This document shows, one piece after another, positions 7,391-16,380 of a stretch of 42,497 bases of DNA (within the stretch, counting starts at the first letter, position 1; each line of letters opens with the position of its first letter). Made by a program: the position numbers and the translations under genes. Source of the stretch: Clostridia bacterium (GTDB lineage: Bacteria > Bacillota > Clostridia > UBA1381 > UMGS1253); contig JAZNSA010000156.1 of assembly GCA_045590935.1 (NCBI GenBank), positions 1 to 42,497 of the forward strand. Reading direction: 5' to 3'. The notes beneath the pieces were generated by a model. The model saw only the letters and a list, made by a program, of their open reading frames with translations. It did not search any database and was not told where the DNA came from.

Positions 7391-8717
7391 ACATTATTCG
7401 GTTGCAATTGCTTCTTTAGGTTGCCCGAAAAATCTTGTTGATACTGAAAATATGCTTGGCTTTTTAGCGGATGCGGGGCATACGATAACCTCGGATGCAA
7501 GTGAAGCTGAAATTATTATTGTAAACACCTGCGGATTTATAGGCGATGCAAAAAAAGAAAGCATCGACACTATTTTAGAAATGGCAGATTATAAAAAAAC
7601 GAAAAAATTAAAGTATCTTATCGTTGCAGGATGTCTGTCGGAAAGATACCCCGAGGATATAAAAAACGAGCTTCCCGAGGTTGATGCAACAATCGGAACG
7701 GGCGACTATTTTAAAATAGCCGAGGTTATAGCCGAATTGGATGATAAAAACGAGGTAAGGCTTTTTGGAAACGCAAACGAAGCTGCGCCCGAAAATATGC
7801 CGAGAATTTTGAGCACGCCTCCCCATACGGCTTATGTTAAAATTGCCGAAGGGTGCGACAATTGCTGCACATACTGCATAATTCCTAAGCTTCGCGGGAA
7901 ATATCGCTCACGAACAATTGAGGATATTAAGGCAGAGGTAGAGGCGCTTGCTGAAAATGGAGTTTCTGAAATAATCCTTATCGCTCAGGACACTACAAGG
8001 TACGGAATTGATATTTTTGGCGAATACTCCTTGGATAAGCTTCTTTTGGAGCTTGTTAAGGTTGAGAAAATAAAGTGGATTCGTATTCACTATTGCTATC
8101 CCGAGGCAATAACAGACAGTCTTTTGGACGTTATGGAAAAAAACGATAAAATCTGCAACTATTTGGATATTCCGATTCAGCACATTAATGATACCGTTTT
8201 AAAAAGAATGGGCAGAGAGAGCGATGGTGAGCAGATAAGGCAGCTTGTTGCAAAAATCCGCAAAAAGCTTGCCGATGTCGCAATACGAACCTCTTTAATA
8301 GTTGGCTTCCCTGGTGAAACAGAGGAGCAATTTGAAGAGCTTTGCGACTTTTTAAAGGAGGCTGAGCTTGACAGGGTAGGAGTGTTTGCGTACTCACGAG
8401 AGGAGGACACCCCTGCTGACAAGCTTTGCGACCATATAGACGAGAGTATTAAGGAGAAGCGGCGTGATATTGCGATGCTCATTTCTCAGGAGATTTCAAA
8501 AAAGAAAAACGACGGCAAAATCGGCAAAGTCTTAGAGGTTATGTGCGACGGCTTTGACGAGGAAACAATGCTTTATTTCGGCAGAAGCCGTTTTGACAGT
8601 ATCGACATTGACTCAAATGTATATTTTGGCACAAAGAAAGAAATTTCTGCGGGCGAAATTGTTTTGGTTAAAATTTTAGATTGTGATGAATATGATTTAT
8701 ATGGGGAGGAGATTTAA
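7371..8717 (+). CDS. rimO: Ribosomal protein S12 methylthiotransferase RimO (radical SAM)
   Basis: N-terminal LGCPKN, radical-SAM CxxxCxxC (CDNCCTYC) and a C-terminal TRAM-like domain. Confidence 0.9.
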   Translation: MRTLPNKHYSVAIASLGCPKNLVDTENMLGFLADAGHTITSDASEAEIIIVNTCGFIGDAKKESIDTILEMADYKKTKKLKYLIVAGCLSERYPEDIKNELPEVDATIGTGDYFKIAEVIAELDDKNEVRLFGNANEAAPENMPRILSTPPHTAYVKIAEGCDNCCTYCIIPKLRGKYRSRTIEDIKAEVEALAENGVSEIILIAQDTTRYGIDIFGEYSLDKLLLELVKVEKIKWIRIHYCYPEAITDSLLDVMEKNDKICNYLDIPIQHINDTVLKRMGRESDGEQIRQLVAKIRKKLADVAIRTSLIVGFPGETEEQFEELCDFLKEAELDRVGVFAYSREEDTPADKLCDHIDESIKEKRRDIAMLISQEISKKKNDGKIGKVLEVMCDGFDEETMLYFGRSRFDSIDIDSNVYFGTKKEISAGEIVLVKILDCDEYDLYGEEI

Positions 8718-8718
8718 A

Positions 8719-9288
8719 ATGACAACTGCAAGCAAAATAACGATGGTCAGATTATTAATGATTCCTGTTTTTGTATTTTTTCTTATGATTGGGTACTACT
8801 ACCCCGACCTTATTGCCTTTTCGGACTACATTGCCGCATTTCTATTTATCATTGCATCGGCAACTGACGGAATAGACGGGCATATCGCAAGAAAATATAA
8901 TCAGGTTACGGATTTTGGAAAGTTTATAGACCCTTTGGCAGACAAGATTTTGGTTGTTGCCGCTCTTATATGTATGGTTGAGTTCGGATGGATTTATTCT
9001 GTTGCGGTTATTATAATTATTGCAAGGGAATTTATGGTTACGGGGTTGAGGCTTGTTGCAATAAGCTCGGGAAAGGTTATTGCAGCAGGAATGTCGGGCA
9101 AGCTTAAAACTGTTATACAAATTGTTGTTATTTCTGCAATTCTGTTTGCGCATTGCTTTGGTGTTTCGGAGATTTCCTATATTTCTATTTCGCTAAAAAT
9201 TGGAATTTGGGTAATGGTTTTTATAACGGTGTATTCGGGATGCGAATATATAATTAAAAATTGGAGTGTTATTGATTTTAATAAATAA
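8719..9288 (+). CDS. pgsA: CDP-diacylglycerol--glycerol-3-phosphate 3-phosphatidyltransferase
   Basis: CDP-alcohol phosphatidyltransferase motif DGIDGHIARKYNQVTDFGKFIDPLADK. ATG at 8719 follows GGGGAGGA. The ORF-track start at 8683 lies inside rimO. Confidence 0.9.
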   Translation: MTTASKITMVRLLMIPVFVFFLMIGYYYPDLIAFSDYIAAFLFIIASATDGIDGHIARKYNQVTDFGKFIDPLADKILVVAALICMVEFGWIYSVAVIIIIAREFMVTGLRLVAISSGKVIAAGMSGKLKTVIQIVVISAILFAHCFGVSEISYISISLKIGIWVMVFITVYSGCEYIIKNWSVIDFNK

Positions 9289-9305
9289 TGAATAGTTTAG
9301 TAAAT

Positions 9306-9341
9306 GGAGCTGTGGCAAAAAATGCGGCAGTTCCGTTTTTT
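9306..9341 (+). terminator. Rho-independent terminator after pgsA
   Basis: GGAGCTGTGGC...GCGGCAGTTCC stem followed by GTTTTTT. Confidence 0.6.
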
Positions 9342-9449
9342 ATTGGATTTTAGTGCGCTGATATATATAAATTGACTATATTTTTTAAAACTTATGTCAA
9401 AAAAATAAAACTTTTTTATAAAAAAACGCATAATTTTTAAAAAAAACTA

Positions 9450-9478
9450 TTTACAAAATGAATATTATTTGCTATAAT
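9450..9478 (+). promoter_or_regulatory. Sigma-A-like promoter TTTACA-17-TATAAT for the binding-protein gene
   Basis: Hexamers at 9450-9455 and 9473-9478. Confidence 0.5.
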
Positions 9479-9504
9479 CAATATTGTAGATTACTTTGTA
9501 TTCA

Positions 9505-9605
9505 GCTTGCTGTCAGAGCGAATGCAATTTAATTTAAAAAAAGGAGGAAAGAAAATTATGAACATGAAAAAAATTCTATGTGGCGCTGTTGCTCTTTCAT
9601 TGTCT
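9505..9605. repeat. Right arm of the perfect 101-bp inverted repeat (partner 1-101)
   Basis: Covers the 5' UTR, SD and first 16 codons of the 9558 gene. Confidence 0.9.
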
Positions 9606-11171
9606 TTGACAATGTTTGCGGGCTGTGGCAAGAAAAATGCTTCAACAAGCATGAAGATGGAACCAGGCGAGGGCTCAAAGATTACAAAAGAAGTTTTCGA
9701 GCCAACTCTTCTTCTTCTTGATTACGACTATGAAAAGATGCACGTTTTCCAGGAAGCTTTTAAGTACACAAACGTTAAACCAAAGGCTTTTGTTGCAACA
9801 ACAGCTGATGCAAATCAGCATTTTGAAATGATGCTTGCAGGCGGAGAGAAAATGGCAGATATCGCAGGTGCAAGTGTATCAAGAATTAACTCGGCGGCTG
9901 TCGAGGGCGCATTTATTGATTTGCTTCCTTTAATTGAGGAGCACGCTCCTAACATTAAGGCTTACTTTGAAGAGTTCCCTGAGTATAAGGCTCAGTGCTT
10001 AGCTTCTGACGGAAAGCTTTATGTTATCCCTACTACATACGATTCAAGCGCATCTGAAGGATTCTTTATCAGAAAAGACTGGCTTGATAAGCTAGGCCTT
10101 GAAGTTCCTACAACGGTTGATGAGTATCACGATGCTCTTCTTGCATTCAAGACTCAGGACCCTAACGGCAATGGTAAGGCAGATGAAATTCCTTATTTCT
10201 ATCGTAATCAGACCTGGTACGGACTAGTTCAGTTGTTCGGCGCATATCACAGAGATTATATTGATGATAACGGCAAGTTCCACAGAGGCTTCTTCGAGCC
10301 TGAATTCAAGGTTGCTATGGAAAACCTTATTCAGTGGAACAAAGAAGGTCTAATCGACCCTGAATGGGAAACTCGTACAAACGCAAGAGAAGAGCTTTTG
10401 GGTAACAACCTTGGCGGTGCAACTCATGACTGGTTCTCTTCTACAGGCTCATTTACTAAGAACGTAAGAGAGAATCATGCTGGCGAAGCGTGGGCAGAGA
10501 AGTTTGACTTTGCTCCTATAGCACCTCCTGCTGATATCAACGGCGAGGTTAAAGAAATTTATTCTCGTCCTAAGATGAGAGGTATAGGTTGGGGAATATC
10601 TTCAACAAATGAGTATCCTGTTGAAACAATCAAGTATTTTGACTGGTGGTTCACAGAGCAGGGTAAGCTAACATACTGGTATGGTATGGAAGGAACAGAT
10701 TATGTGAAAGAAGCAGACGGTACTATTAAGTTCACAGACTTAGTATTAGACTATACAAAGGGTGTTCCGCTGTATATGCGTGAGAACGGTCAGATAGATC
10801 AGGGCGCTCCAATGAGCATGGAAGCTGAGATGGCAGGTATGACAGAGGCTGCTAAGGAAGGCTTTGCAATGTATGAGCGTGAGATAAAGATTATTCCTCA
10901 AGTTCCAACACTTTCGTTCACACCTGAGGAGAGAGATGAGCTTGATACAATTCAGGCTGACCTTAACACTCATGTTGATGAAACAATCGATAAGTGGTTT
11001 GCAGGTACATTAGAGTTTAATGATGCTGCTTGGGATGCTTATATCGCTAAGTGTGAAGAGCTTGGCTCAAAGAGACTTGTTGAAATCAATCAGGCTGCAT
11101 TTGACAGACTTGTTGCTGCAGGTGGCGGACTTGACGATACAACAGCAAACGTTACAAATAAAAACAACTAA
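9558..11171 (+). CDS. Extracellular solute-binding lipoprotein (large family-1 carbohydrate ABC binding protein, LplA/LipO-like); no permease or ATPase adjacent
   Basis: MNMKKILCGAVALSLSLTMFAGC lipobox. About 537 aa with DWLDKLGL, DPNGNGKADEIP and WYGMEG motifs typical of sugar SBPs. ATG at 9558 lies 8 nt after AAGGAGG. Confidence 0.85.
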   Translation: MNMKKILCGAVALSLSLTMFAGCGKKNASTSMKMEPGEGSKITKEVFEPTLLLLDYDYEKMHVFQEAFKYTNVKPKAFVATTADANQHFEMMLAGGEKMADIAGASVSRINSAAVEGAFIDLLPLIEEHAPNIKAYFEEFPEYKAQCLASDGKLYVIPTTYDSSASEGFFIRKDWLDKLGLEVPTTVDEYHDALLAFKTQDPNGNGKADEIPYFYRNQTWYGLVQLFGAYHRDYIDDNGKFHRGFFEPEFKVAMENLIQWNKEGLIDPEWETRTNAREELLGNNLGGATHDWFSSTGSFTKNVRENHAGEAWAEKFDFAPIAPPADINGEVKEIYSRPKMRGIGWGISSTNEYPVETIKYFDWWFTEQGKLTYWYGMEGTDYVKEADGTIKFTDLVLDYTKGVPLYMRENGQIDQGAPMSMEAEMAGMTEAAKEGFAMYEREIKIIPQVPTLSFTPEERDELDTIQADLNTHVDETIDKWFAGTLEFNDAAWDAYIAKCEELGSKRLVEINQAAFDRLVAAGGGLDDTTANVTNKNN

Positions 11172-11192
11172 TATTATATAGTAGTTAAAAAA

Positions 11193-11226
11193 GGTGTTGC
11201 GGCAATTGCTGCAACATCTTTTTTTG
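11193..11226 (+). terminator. Rho-independent terminator after the binding-protein gene
   Basis: GGTGTTGCGGC-AATT-GCTGCAACATC stem followed by TTTTTTT. Confidence 0.65.
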
Positions 11227-11283
11227 TTGTGTAACGAAAACCACTTCACTAAGACGGTGGTCATGACTGCAGGCGGTGAGATT

Positions 11284-11392
11284 TAAAAATTCACAATATA
11301 CAATGCATAATGCATAATCCCCCCCCTGAATTGCTACGCAATTCTTCCCCCCTTTAGGCAAGGGGGGCAATTGGGTTTGCGCTTTATTTTAA
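11284..11392. repeat. REP-like intergenic element, copy B
   Basis: GAATTGC-TAC-GCAATTC at 11328-11344 and CCCCCCTT-TAGGC-AAGGGGGG at 11347-11367. Same order and flanks as copy A. Confidence 0.8.
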
Positions 11393-11509
11393 TTTGATAT
11401 AATATTTTTTACAGGGGATGGGTTTCCTGATAAATATTTTCTGCTTTGCAAAAAAGCCCCTGCTTAAAAACAATGCAGAGACTTTTCATATAATATTTTT
11501 CTAAAAAAA

Positions 11510-12052
11510 TCAATAGTCATTAAGACTGCGAATATGCTTAAAAGTTTCGTTTTCACCCTTCTCTTTCAGCATAACAAGCCAACTTTCGAGCAAATCCGAG
11601 GTTTCAGCGTGAATAATTCTTCTGCCCTTTGCACGAAGAAAATATTCTAACGGATGAGATTCATTATAATTTTCCTTTTGATAAATTTTGCTTGCGGCAA
11701 CCCTGTCGCAAAACATTTCTTTAACGAAAACAATAGGCATTTTAACAGGCTCAACAAGCTTCGATTTCGGATTATAGTCTACCCAATATTCAAAATGATG
11801 CCTGTTTCTGCCTTTATGATGCATCCATGCAATCGAATAGCCATATTCATTTCTCTCGCCCTCATTAGGACTTCTCTTCCCGTCTGTAAAAAATCTTACA
11901 CCCTTAGAAAACTCCGTTGGAGTATATTTAGACAAATCGTGCAACAATCCGCGCCACACTATGCCTGCCTTAAAGGCGTGTGCAATAACGGCGTGCCTAT
12001 GATTTGTTATTGTAACAAAATGCCCCCACGCATTTTTAATCTTGCTTAACAT
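11510..12052 (-). CDS. Conserved hypothetical protein, DUF5662-like (His-rich, HD-like motifs)
   Basis: 180 aa. HRHAVIAHAF...LLHDLSKY...AWMHHKGRNRHHFEYW resembles the family I recall as DUF5662. Confidence 0.55.
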   Translation of the reverse strand: MLSKIKNAWGHFVTITNHRHAVIAHAFKAGIVWRGLLHDLSKYTPTEFSKGVRFFTDGKRSPNEGERNEYGYSIAWMHHKGRNRHHFEYWVDYNPKSKLVEPVKMPIVFVKEMFCDRVAASKIYQKENYNESHPLEYFLRAKGRRIIHAETSDLLESWLVMLKEKGENETFKHIRSLNDY

Positions 12053-12060
12053 TTTTACAC

Positions 12061-12516
12061 CTACCCGTCCTGAAGCATAATTTTAAGAGTTTTTGCAATG
12101 CTTGAAGCAGATGGCTCATCTCTTGTTATAATAAAAATCGTGTCATCGCCTGCGATTGAACCTAAAATTTTATCGCCGATACAGCTGTCAATCGCAACGC
12201 ACGCCGCCTGAGCCATACCAGTAAGCGTTTTAATAACAATAGTGTGAAGCGCAACTTCAATACTTACAACGGACTGCGAAAATACAAACCTATGCTTCGC
12301 ATTAGAGCCGACAATAGTATTCGGGAGAGTATATTTATACCCGCCATCTGTTCCGCTCGCAACCTTAACAAGACCCATTTGCTTAATATCTCTTGAAACA
12401 GTTGCTTGCGTAACCTTAAAGCCACACTCCGTAAGCTTTTTTGTTAAATCCGCTTGCGTTACGGTATTTGATTGGGAAATTATATCCAAGATTTTTTCAT
12501 GCCTTTTATTTTTCAT
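12061..12516 (-). CDS. argR: Arginine repressor ArgR/AhrC
   Basis: N-terminal winged helix (RHEKILDII...TQADLTKKL...GFKVTQATVSRDIKQMGLVKV) and C-terminal oligomerisation domain GDDTIFII. ATG at 12516 lies 5 nt after GGAGG. Confidence 0.85.
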   Translation of the reverse strand: MKNKRHEKILDIISQSNTVTQADLTKKLTECGFKVTQATVSRDIKQMGLVKVASGTDGGYKYTLPNTIVGSNAKHRFVFSQSVVSIEVALHTIVIKTLTGMAQAACVAIDSCIGDKILGSIAGDDTIFIITRDEPSASSIAKTLKIMLQDG

Positions 12517-12599
12517 TTTAACCTCCATAGCTATATAAAAAATTCGCCATTATACAACCCTTCACAAGAATATGCATAAATTTCAAATCAACTTTAAAA

Positions 12600-13460
12600 T
12601 TATCTATGACCTCTGTCCTTCAGCTTTTTTCTAACCGATTCATAAAAACCGTTTTTGTCGAGCTTAACGAGCTTTGTTACAAATTTGGACTTGCCGATTT
12701 TAACAATATCGCCGCTGAGCAAATTAACACCATGCCTACCATCGGCACTAAGATATGCCAAGCTTTCGTCGCAATTTTCAACAACCGCTACAACATTATC
12801 ACTTGCAGGCAAAACAACAGGTCTCGTACTCATATCGTGTGGCGAAATTGCGGTAATCAGAATTGCTTCAAGCTCAGGCGAAACAACAGGGCCACCCGCA
12901 GATAATGAATACGCAGTTGAACCTGTCGGGGTCGAGAAAATAACACCGTCGCAATCAAAGCTGTCAAGCTCGTCGCCCTTTGCAGACAATTCAATCTGCA
13001 AAATTCTTGAAAGCGCACCTCTTGCAATAACAATATCGTTTAACGCATGAAACGTACTATGACAAACGCCGTTTCTTATGATTTGCGCCTCAATCATCAT
13101 TCTGTTTTCAATTTCGTATTTTCCGTCTACAATATTTTTAAGACATTCCTCGTCTAAGTCATTTCCCTCGGCTTCTGCAAGGAAGCCCAGATGCCCGAGA
13201 TTAACGCCGAAAATCGGCACTGTGTTCGGAAGCATCTGCGATACGGCAGAAAGAATTGTTCCGTCGCCCCCAAGCACGATTACAACATCTGCCGAAATTT
13301 TAAAAAGCTCATTTTCACAAAGAAGGCTTGCGCCGCTGAGCTCACCGAATTTTTCATCTGCATAAATTTCACACTTGTCCGACAAAAGAGCTATTACCGA
13401 CCTCGTAATTCTGAAATCCTTATCACGCATCGGGTTAGGCACAATTATGATTTTTTTCAA
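12600..13460 (-). CDS. nadK: NAD kinase
   Basis: GGDGT motif (VIVLGGDGTILS), NLGHLGFL and the C-terminal TPTGSTAYSLSAGGP motif. Confidence 0.9.
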   Translation of the reverse strand: MKKIIIVPNPMRDKDFRITRSVIALLSDKCEIYADEKFGELSGASLLCENELFKISADVVIVLGGDGTILSAVSQMLPNTVPIFGVNLGHLGFLAEAEGNDLDEECLKNIVDGKYEIENRMMIEAQIIRNGVCHSTFHALNDIVIARGALSRILQIELSAKGDELDSFDCDGVIFSTPTGSTAYSLSAGGPVVSPELEAILITAISPHDMSTRPVVLPASDNVVAVVENCDESLAYLSADGRHGVNLLSGDIVKIGKSKFVTKLVKLDKNGFYESVRKKLKDRGHR

Positions 13461-13629
13461 GCTAACGCCCCCCTACATAATTTTCTTTGTATAATTATTC
13501 ACTCATATAAAATTATTATACACGCTTTAACTGATTTTTGCAAGCAAAATTTATATTTTTTATAATTATATATAAATTCTATTTTAATCTGGCCGCAAAA
13601 ATATCTAAAAATAATTTTTTAATGCAATT

Positions 13630-14136
13630 AAAGGTAATTGGAAAACAACGAGACCGTTAGAAATCGTCGTATCAGATATGACCTGTTTCAGACATAAAGG
13701 ACTTCGTTGGGAATGGACATATATGTTAGATTTATACAATAATGAGATAATAGCAAGTTCAGTAACTAATAAAATTGGAAGCAGTATACCATATTATAAT
13801 TGCTTGAAAATTTTAATAGAAAAGACAAAAGAGCAGAGCTACCCAGTCGCTTTGCACACAGACCAAGGTAGTGTCTACTCTTCATCAGGCTTTTACCAAA
13901 CCCATAAACATTATACCAATATCAGGCGTTTTATGTCAAGAGCAGGAACACCTACCGACAACCCAATAATAGAATTTTAAAATGGTTGGATAAAAATAGA
14001 TTTTGATTTAAAATCAGTCGAGGGTATACCAGCGTTCATCGAAAACTATGTCCATTACTTTAACAACGAAAGATTGTCTTATAAATTAAATTACAAAACC
14101 CCTGTCCAATATAGAATTGAACAAGGGTTTGGGTAA
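13630..14136 (+). mobile_element. IS3-family transposase remnant: 5'-truncated OrfB integrase core with an in-frame stop (pseudogene)
   Basis: Reads ...WKTTRPLEIVVSDMTCF...LHTDQGSVYSS...RAGTPTDNPIIEF, then TAA at 13978, then in frame NGWIKIDF...FNNERLSYKLNYKTPVQYR. DDE/rve C-terminal signature. No OrfA, N-terminus or recognisable terminal IRs. Confidence 0.7.
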
Positions 14137-14200
14137 TTAGTGGTTTTTAGTATCTACTTTCACTTGACAAGTCCACCATATTTGACGGGTGGTTGTGATT

Positions 14201-14737
14201 TTAATAATTTTCTGCGTGTATTTCAAAGTAGCTTTGAGGGTGTGCACAGGTTGGGCAAAGCTCGGGCGCTTTTTCTCCAACTACGATATGACCGCAATTT
14301 CTGCATTCCCATATCTTAACTTCGCTCTTTTCAAAAACCTCTGAAGCTTCAACATTTTTAAGGAGCGCTCTGTATCTTTCCTCGTGATGCTTTTCAATAG
14401 CTGCAACAAGTCTGAATTTTGAAGCAAGCTCTGTAAAGCCTTCTTCTTCGGCAGTTTTTGCAAAGCCTTCATACATATCTGTCCACTCATAATTTTCGCC
14501 TTCCGCAGCGTTAAGAAGATTTTCAGCAGTATCTCCAATACCATTTAGTTCCTTAAACCACATTTTTGCGTGTTCCTTTTCGTTATCTGCAGTCTTTTGA
14601 AAAAGCGATGCTATCTGTTCAAATCCTTCCTTTTTGGCTTTAGATGCGAAATATGTATACTTGTTTCTTGCTTGTGATTCACCTGCAAAAGCCGCTTCTA
14701 AATTTTTTTCTGTTTGTGTTCCTGAATACTTACTCAT
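14201..14737 (-). CDS. rbr: Rubrerythrin
   Basis: N-terminal ferritin-like diiron domain ([16 protein letters not shown]...EKEHAKMW...IEKHHEERY) and C-terminal rubredoxin-like CRNCG...CPTC. Confidence 0.9.
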   Translation of the reverse strand: MSKYSGTQTEKNLEAAFAGESQARNKYTYFASKAKKEGFEQIASLFQKTADNEKEHAKMWFKELNGIGDTAENLLNAAEGENYEWTDMYEGFAKTAEEEGFTELASKFRLVAAIEKHHEERYRALLKNVEASEVFEKSEVKIWECRNCGHIVVGEKAPELCPTCAHPQSYFEIHAENY

Positions 14738-14965
14738 TTTTATTTCCTCCTAAATTTTTAATTATATTAATGACAACTGTGTTTTCCAAAGCCAAGTTCA
14801 CCGCAGATATGACCTGATTTTCTATGTTAGTAGTCGTGATGGTTGCAATGAATATTTGGATTTAAATCCAAATTGCCGCTAATTAAAGCTTTGACAACGA
14901 TTCTCATATTATTTTCTTTGTGGTAACGTAAATTTTTCTTAATTTTAACATATTTTTATTAATAA

Positions 14966-15241
14966 GTCAATACAAAGCCGCTTAAAAAATATTTATGCGA
15001 AAATCCATATATTAATGCAACTATATGTCAATTTGTAGGGAAATTAAATAAAATCAAAGCAAATACCAATATTGAGATTTTAATTCACGATAGCGTTATA
15101 AAGCCATATTTTGAAATATTCTTAATTCTTTCAAACGCACTTAACAATGCCTGCGAATCTGTTAAAGACCTTCCGCAAGAAAGCAGATTTGTGAGCCTGC
15201 AGATTAAAAGAAAGGGTGTATACCTTTATATCTGCAAATAG
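14966..15241 (+). pseudogene. C-terminal fragment of a GHKL sensor histidine kinase (AgrC/LytTR-partner type), no start and truncated
   Basis: The open frame reads ...NPYINATICQFVGKLNKIKANTNIEILIHDSV...FLILSNALNNACESV...RFVSLQIKRKGVYLYICK*, resembling the N-box region of GHKL ATPase domains. Its end overlaps the pheA 3' end. Confidence 0.4.
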
Positions 15242-16368
15242 CTTCCAAGGAATATCAGATTATTATTTCCTATGGAAAGCTCATCTAAAATGCGAACTGT
15301 TTCCTTTGCATATATAGATGCTTCTAAATCAAAATAGAAGGAGAATTCAAAATCTCTGCCTGCAATAGGTCTTGATTCAAGCTTTGTAAGATTAAGCCCT
15401 GCCATTGCAAATTTTGAAATGATGCTATTTAGCGAGCCGGGGGTATGAGGAAGATTCATTATAATACTTATTCTGTCTGCACCCGGGTAGATTAAAAGCT
15501 CCTTCGTGATACAAATAAACCTTGTGAAGTTGCTGTCAGAATTTGCAATTTTTTTATTTATAACAGAAAGCCCGTAATTTTCTGCACAAGCGGGCGAAGA
15601 AATTGCAGCTATATCCAATCTTTTTGAGTCTGCAACAAGCTTTGCGGCAATCGCAGTGTTTTCGCAAACGGTTACTTTTATATCGGGATATTCCTTTAAA
15701 AATTCCGAACATTGACCAATCGCCTGTTCGTGAGAAATAATTTCTTTTATATCCGAAATTTTAGCACCCTTATTTGCCATAAGTGCGTGGTTTATTTTAA
15801 GCTTAATGCTTTTGATAATATGGAAATTATAATTTTTCATCAAGTCATAAACGGCAATCACTGTTCCGTGAATTGAATTTTCAATCGGCAATATTCCGTA
15901 CTTGCAGGCTCCGCTTTCAACGGTTTTAAATACATCCTCAAAGGTTTTAACATAATTAATATCCGGATTTTTGAAAAGTCGGTCGCAAGCAAGCTGAGAA
16001 TATGAGCCTTCAATGCCTTGGCACGCAACAGTTCCGTCTTGCGGAAAAATTTGAGGTGTAGTATCAAGAGCGTTTTGAATTTTAATCGAAAGCTCCCCAT
16101 TTGTTTTTGCGTTTTGTTTGTTTTGATAGCTTTTGCTTAAATCCATAAGGCACGAAAAAAGCATTCTCGAATAATCTGCCATATCTGCGCCTGACTTTTC
16201 GCTTACCTTTTTTAAGATTTCTCTTTCTCTGCCCTTTTGCAAGGTTGAGAGGTTATTTGCCTTTTTGTAATCTGCAACCATTGATGCCGTTTCCATTCTT
16301 TTTAAAAACAGCTTTAAAATTTCATCGTCTATTACATCTATCTCTTTTCTTAATTCTTCTAAATCCAC
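15226..16368 (-). CDS. pheA: Bifunctional chorismate mutase / prephenate dehydratase with C-terminal ACT domain
   Basis: N-terminal CM helix (LRKEIDVIDDEILKLFLKRM), PDT core and ACT tail. GTG start after AGGTGAG. Confidence 0.9.
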   Translation of the reverse strand: MDLEELRKEIDVIDDEILKLFLKRMETASMVADYKKANNLSTLQKGREREILKKVSEKSGADMADYSRMLFSCLMDLSKSYQNKQNAKTNGELSIKIQNALDTTPQIFPQDGTVACQGIEGSYSQLACDRLFKNPDINYVKTFEDVFKTVESGACKYGILPIENSIHGTVIAVYDLMKNYNFHIIKSIKLKINHALMANKGAKISDIKEIISHEQAIGQCSEFLKEYPDIKVTVCENTAIAAKLVADSKRLDIAAISSPACAENYGLSVINKKIANSDSNFTRFICITKELLIYPGADRISIIMNLPHTPGSLNSIISKFAMAGLNLTKLESRPIAGRDFEFSFYFDLEASIYAKETVRILDELSIGNNNLIFLGSYLQI

Positions 16369-16380
16369 GTTAGCTCACCT

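Noticed and set aside
1-9605. The 9.6-kb segment bounded by perfect inverted repeats as a composite transposon or other mobile element.
   Set aside because: The repeat arms are the 5' ends of paralogous binding-protein genes, not IS ends. The cargo is core housekeeping (recX, rimO, pgsA, ECF transporter) and no transposase or recombinase is present. It is kept only as a possible homologous-inversion or assembly-boundary observation.
11185-11370. 61-aa ORF (MPPLPKGGKNCVAIQGG...) and the similar 63-aa ORF at 33623-33814 (...LCKGGWHT...LCTREPL...).
   Set aside because: Both are translations of palindromic REP-like repeats. They lack an SD and their peptide motifs simply mirror the hairpin stems.
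14767-14907. Small His/Cys-rich minus-strand frame MRIVVKALISGNLDLNPNIHCNHHDY-stop-HRKSGHICGELGFGKHSCH upstream of rubrerythrin (possible metal-binding peptide or Fur/PerR-like remnant). A TTAATATAATTAA palindrome lies near the rbr SD.
   Set aside because: It is interrupted by an in-frame TAA, has no convincing SD, and I cannot place the sequence in a family by eye. The palindrome is only loosely PerR/Fur-box-like. It needs a database search before any claim.
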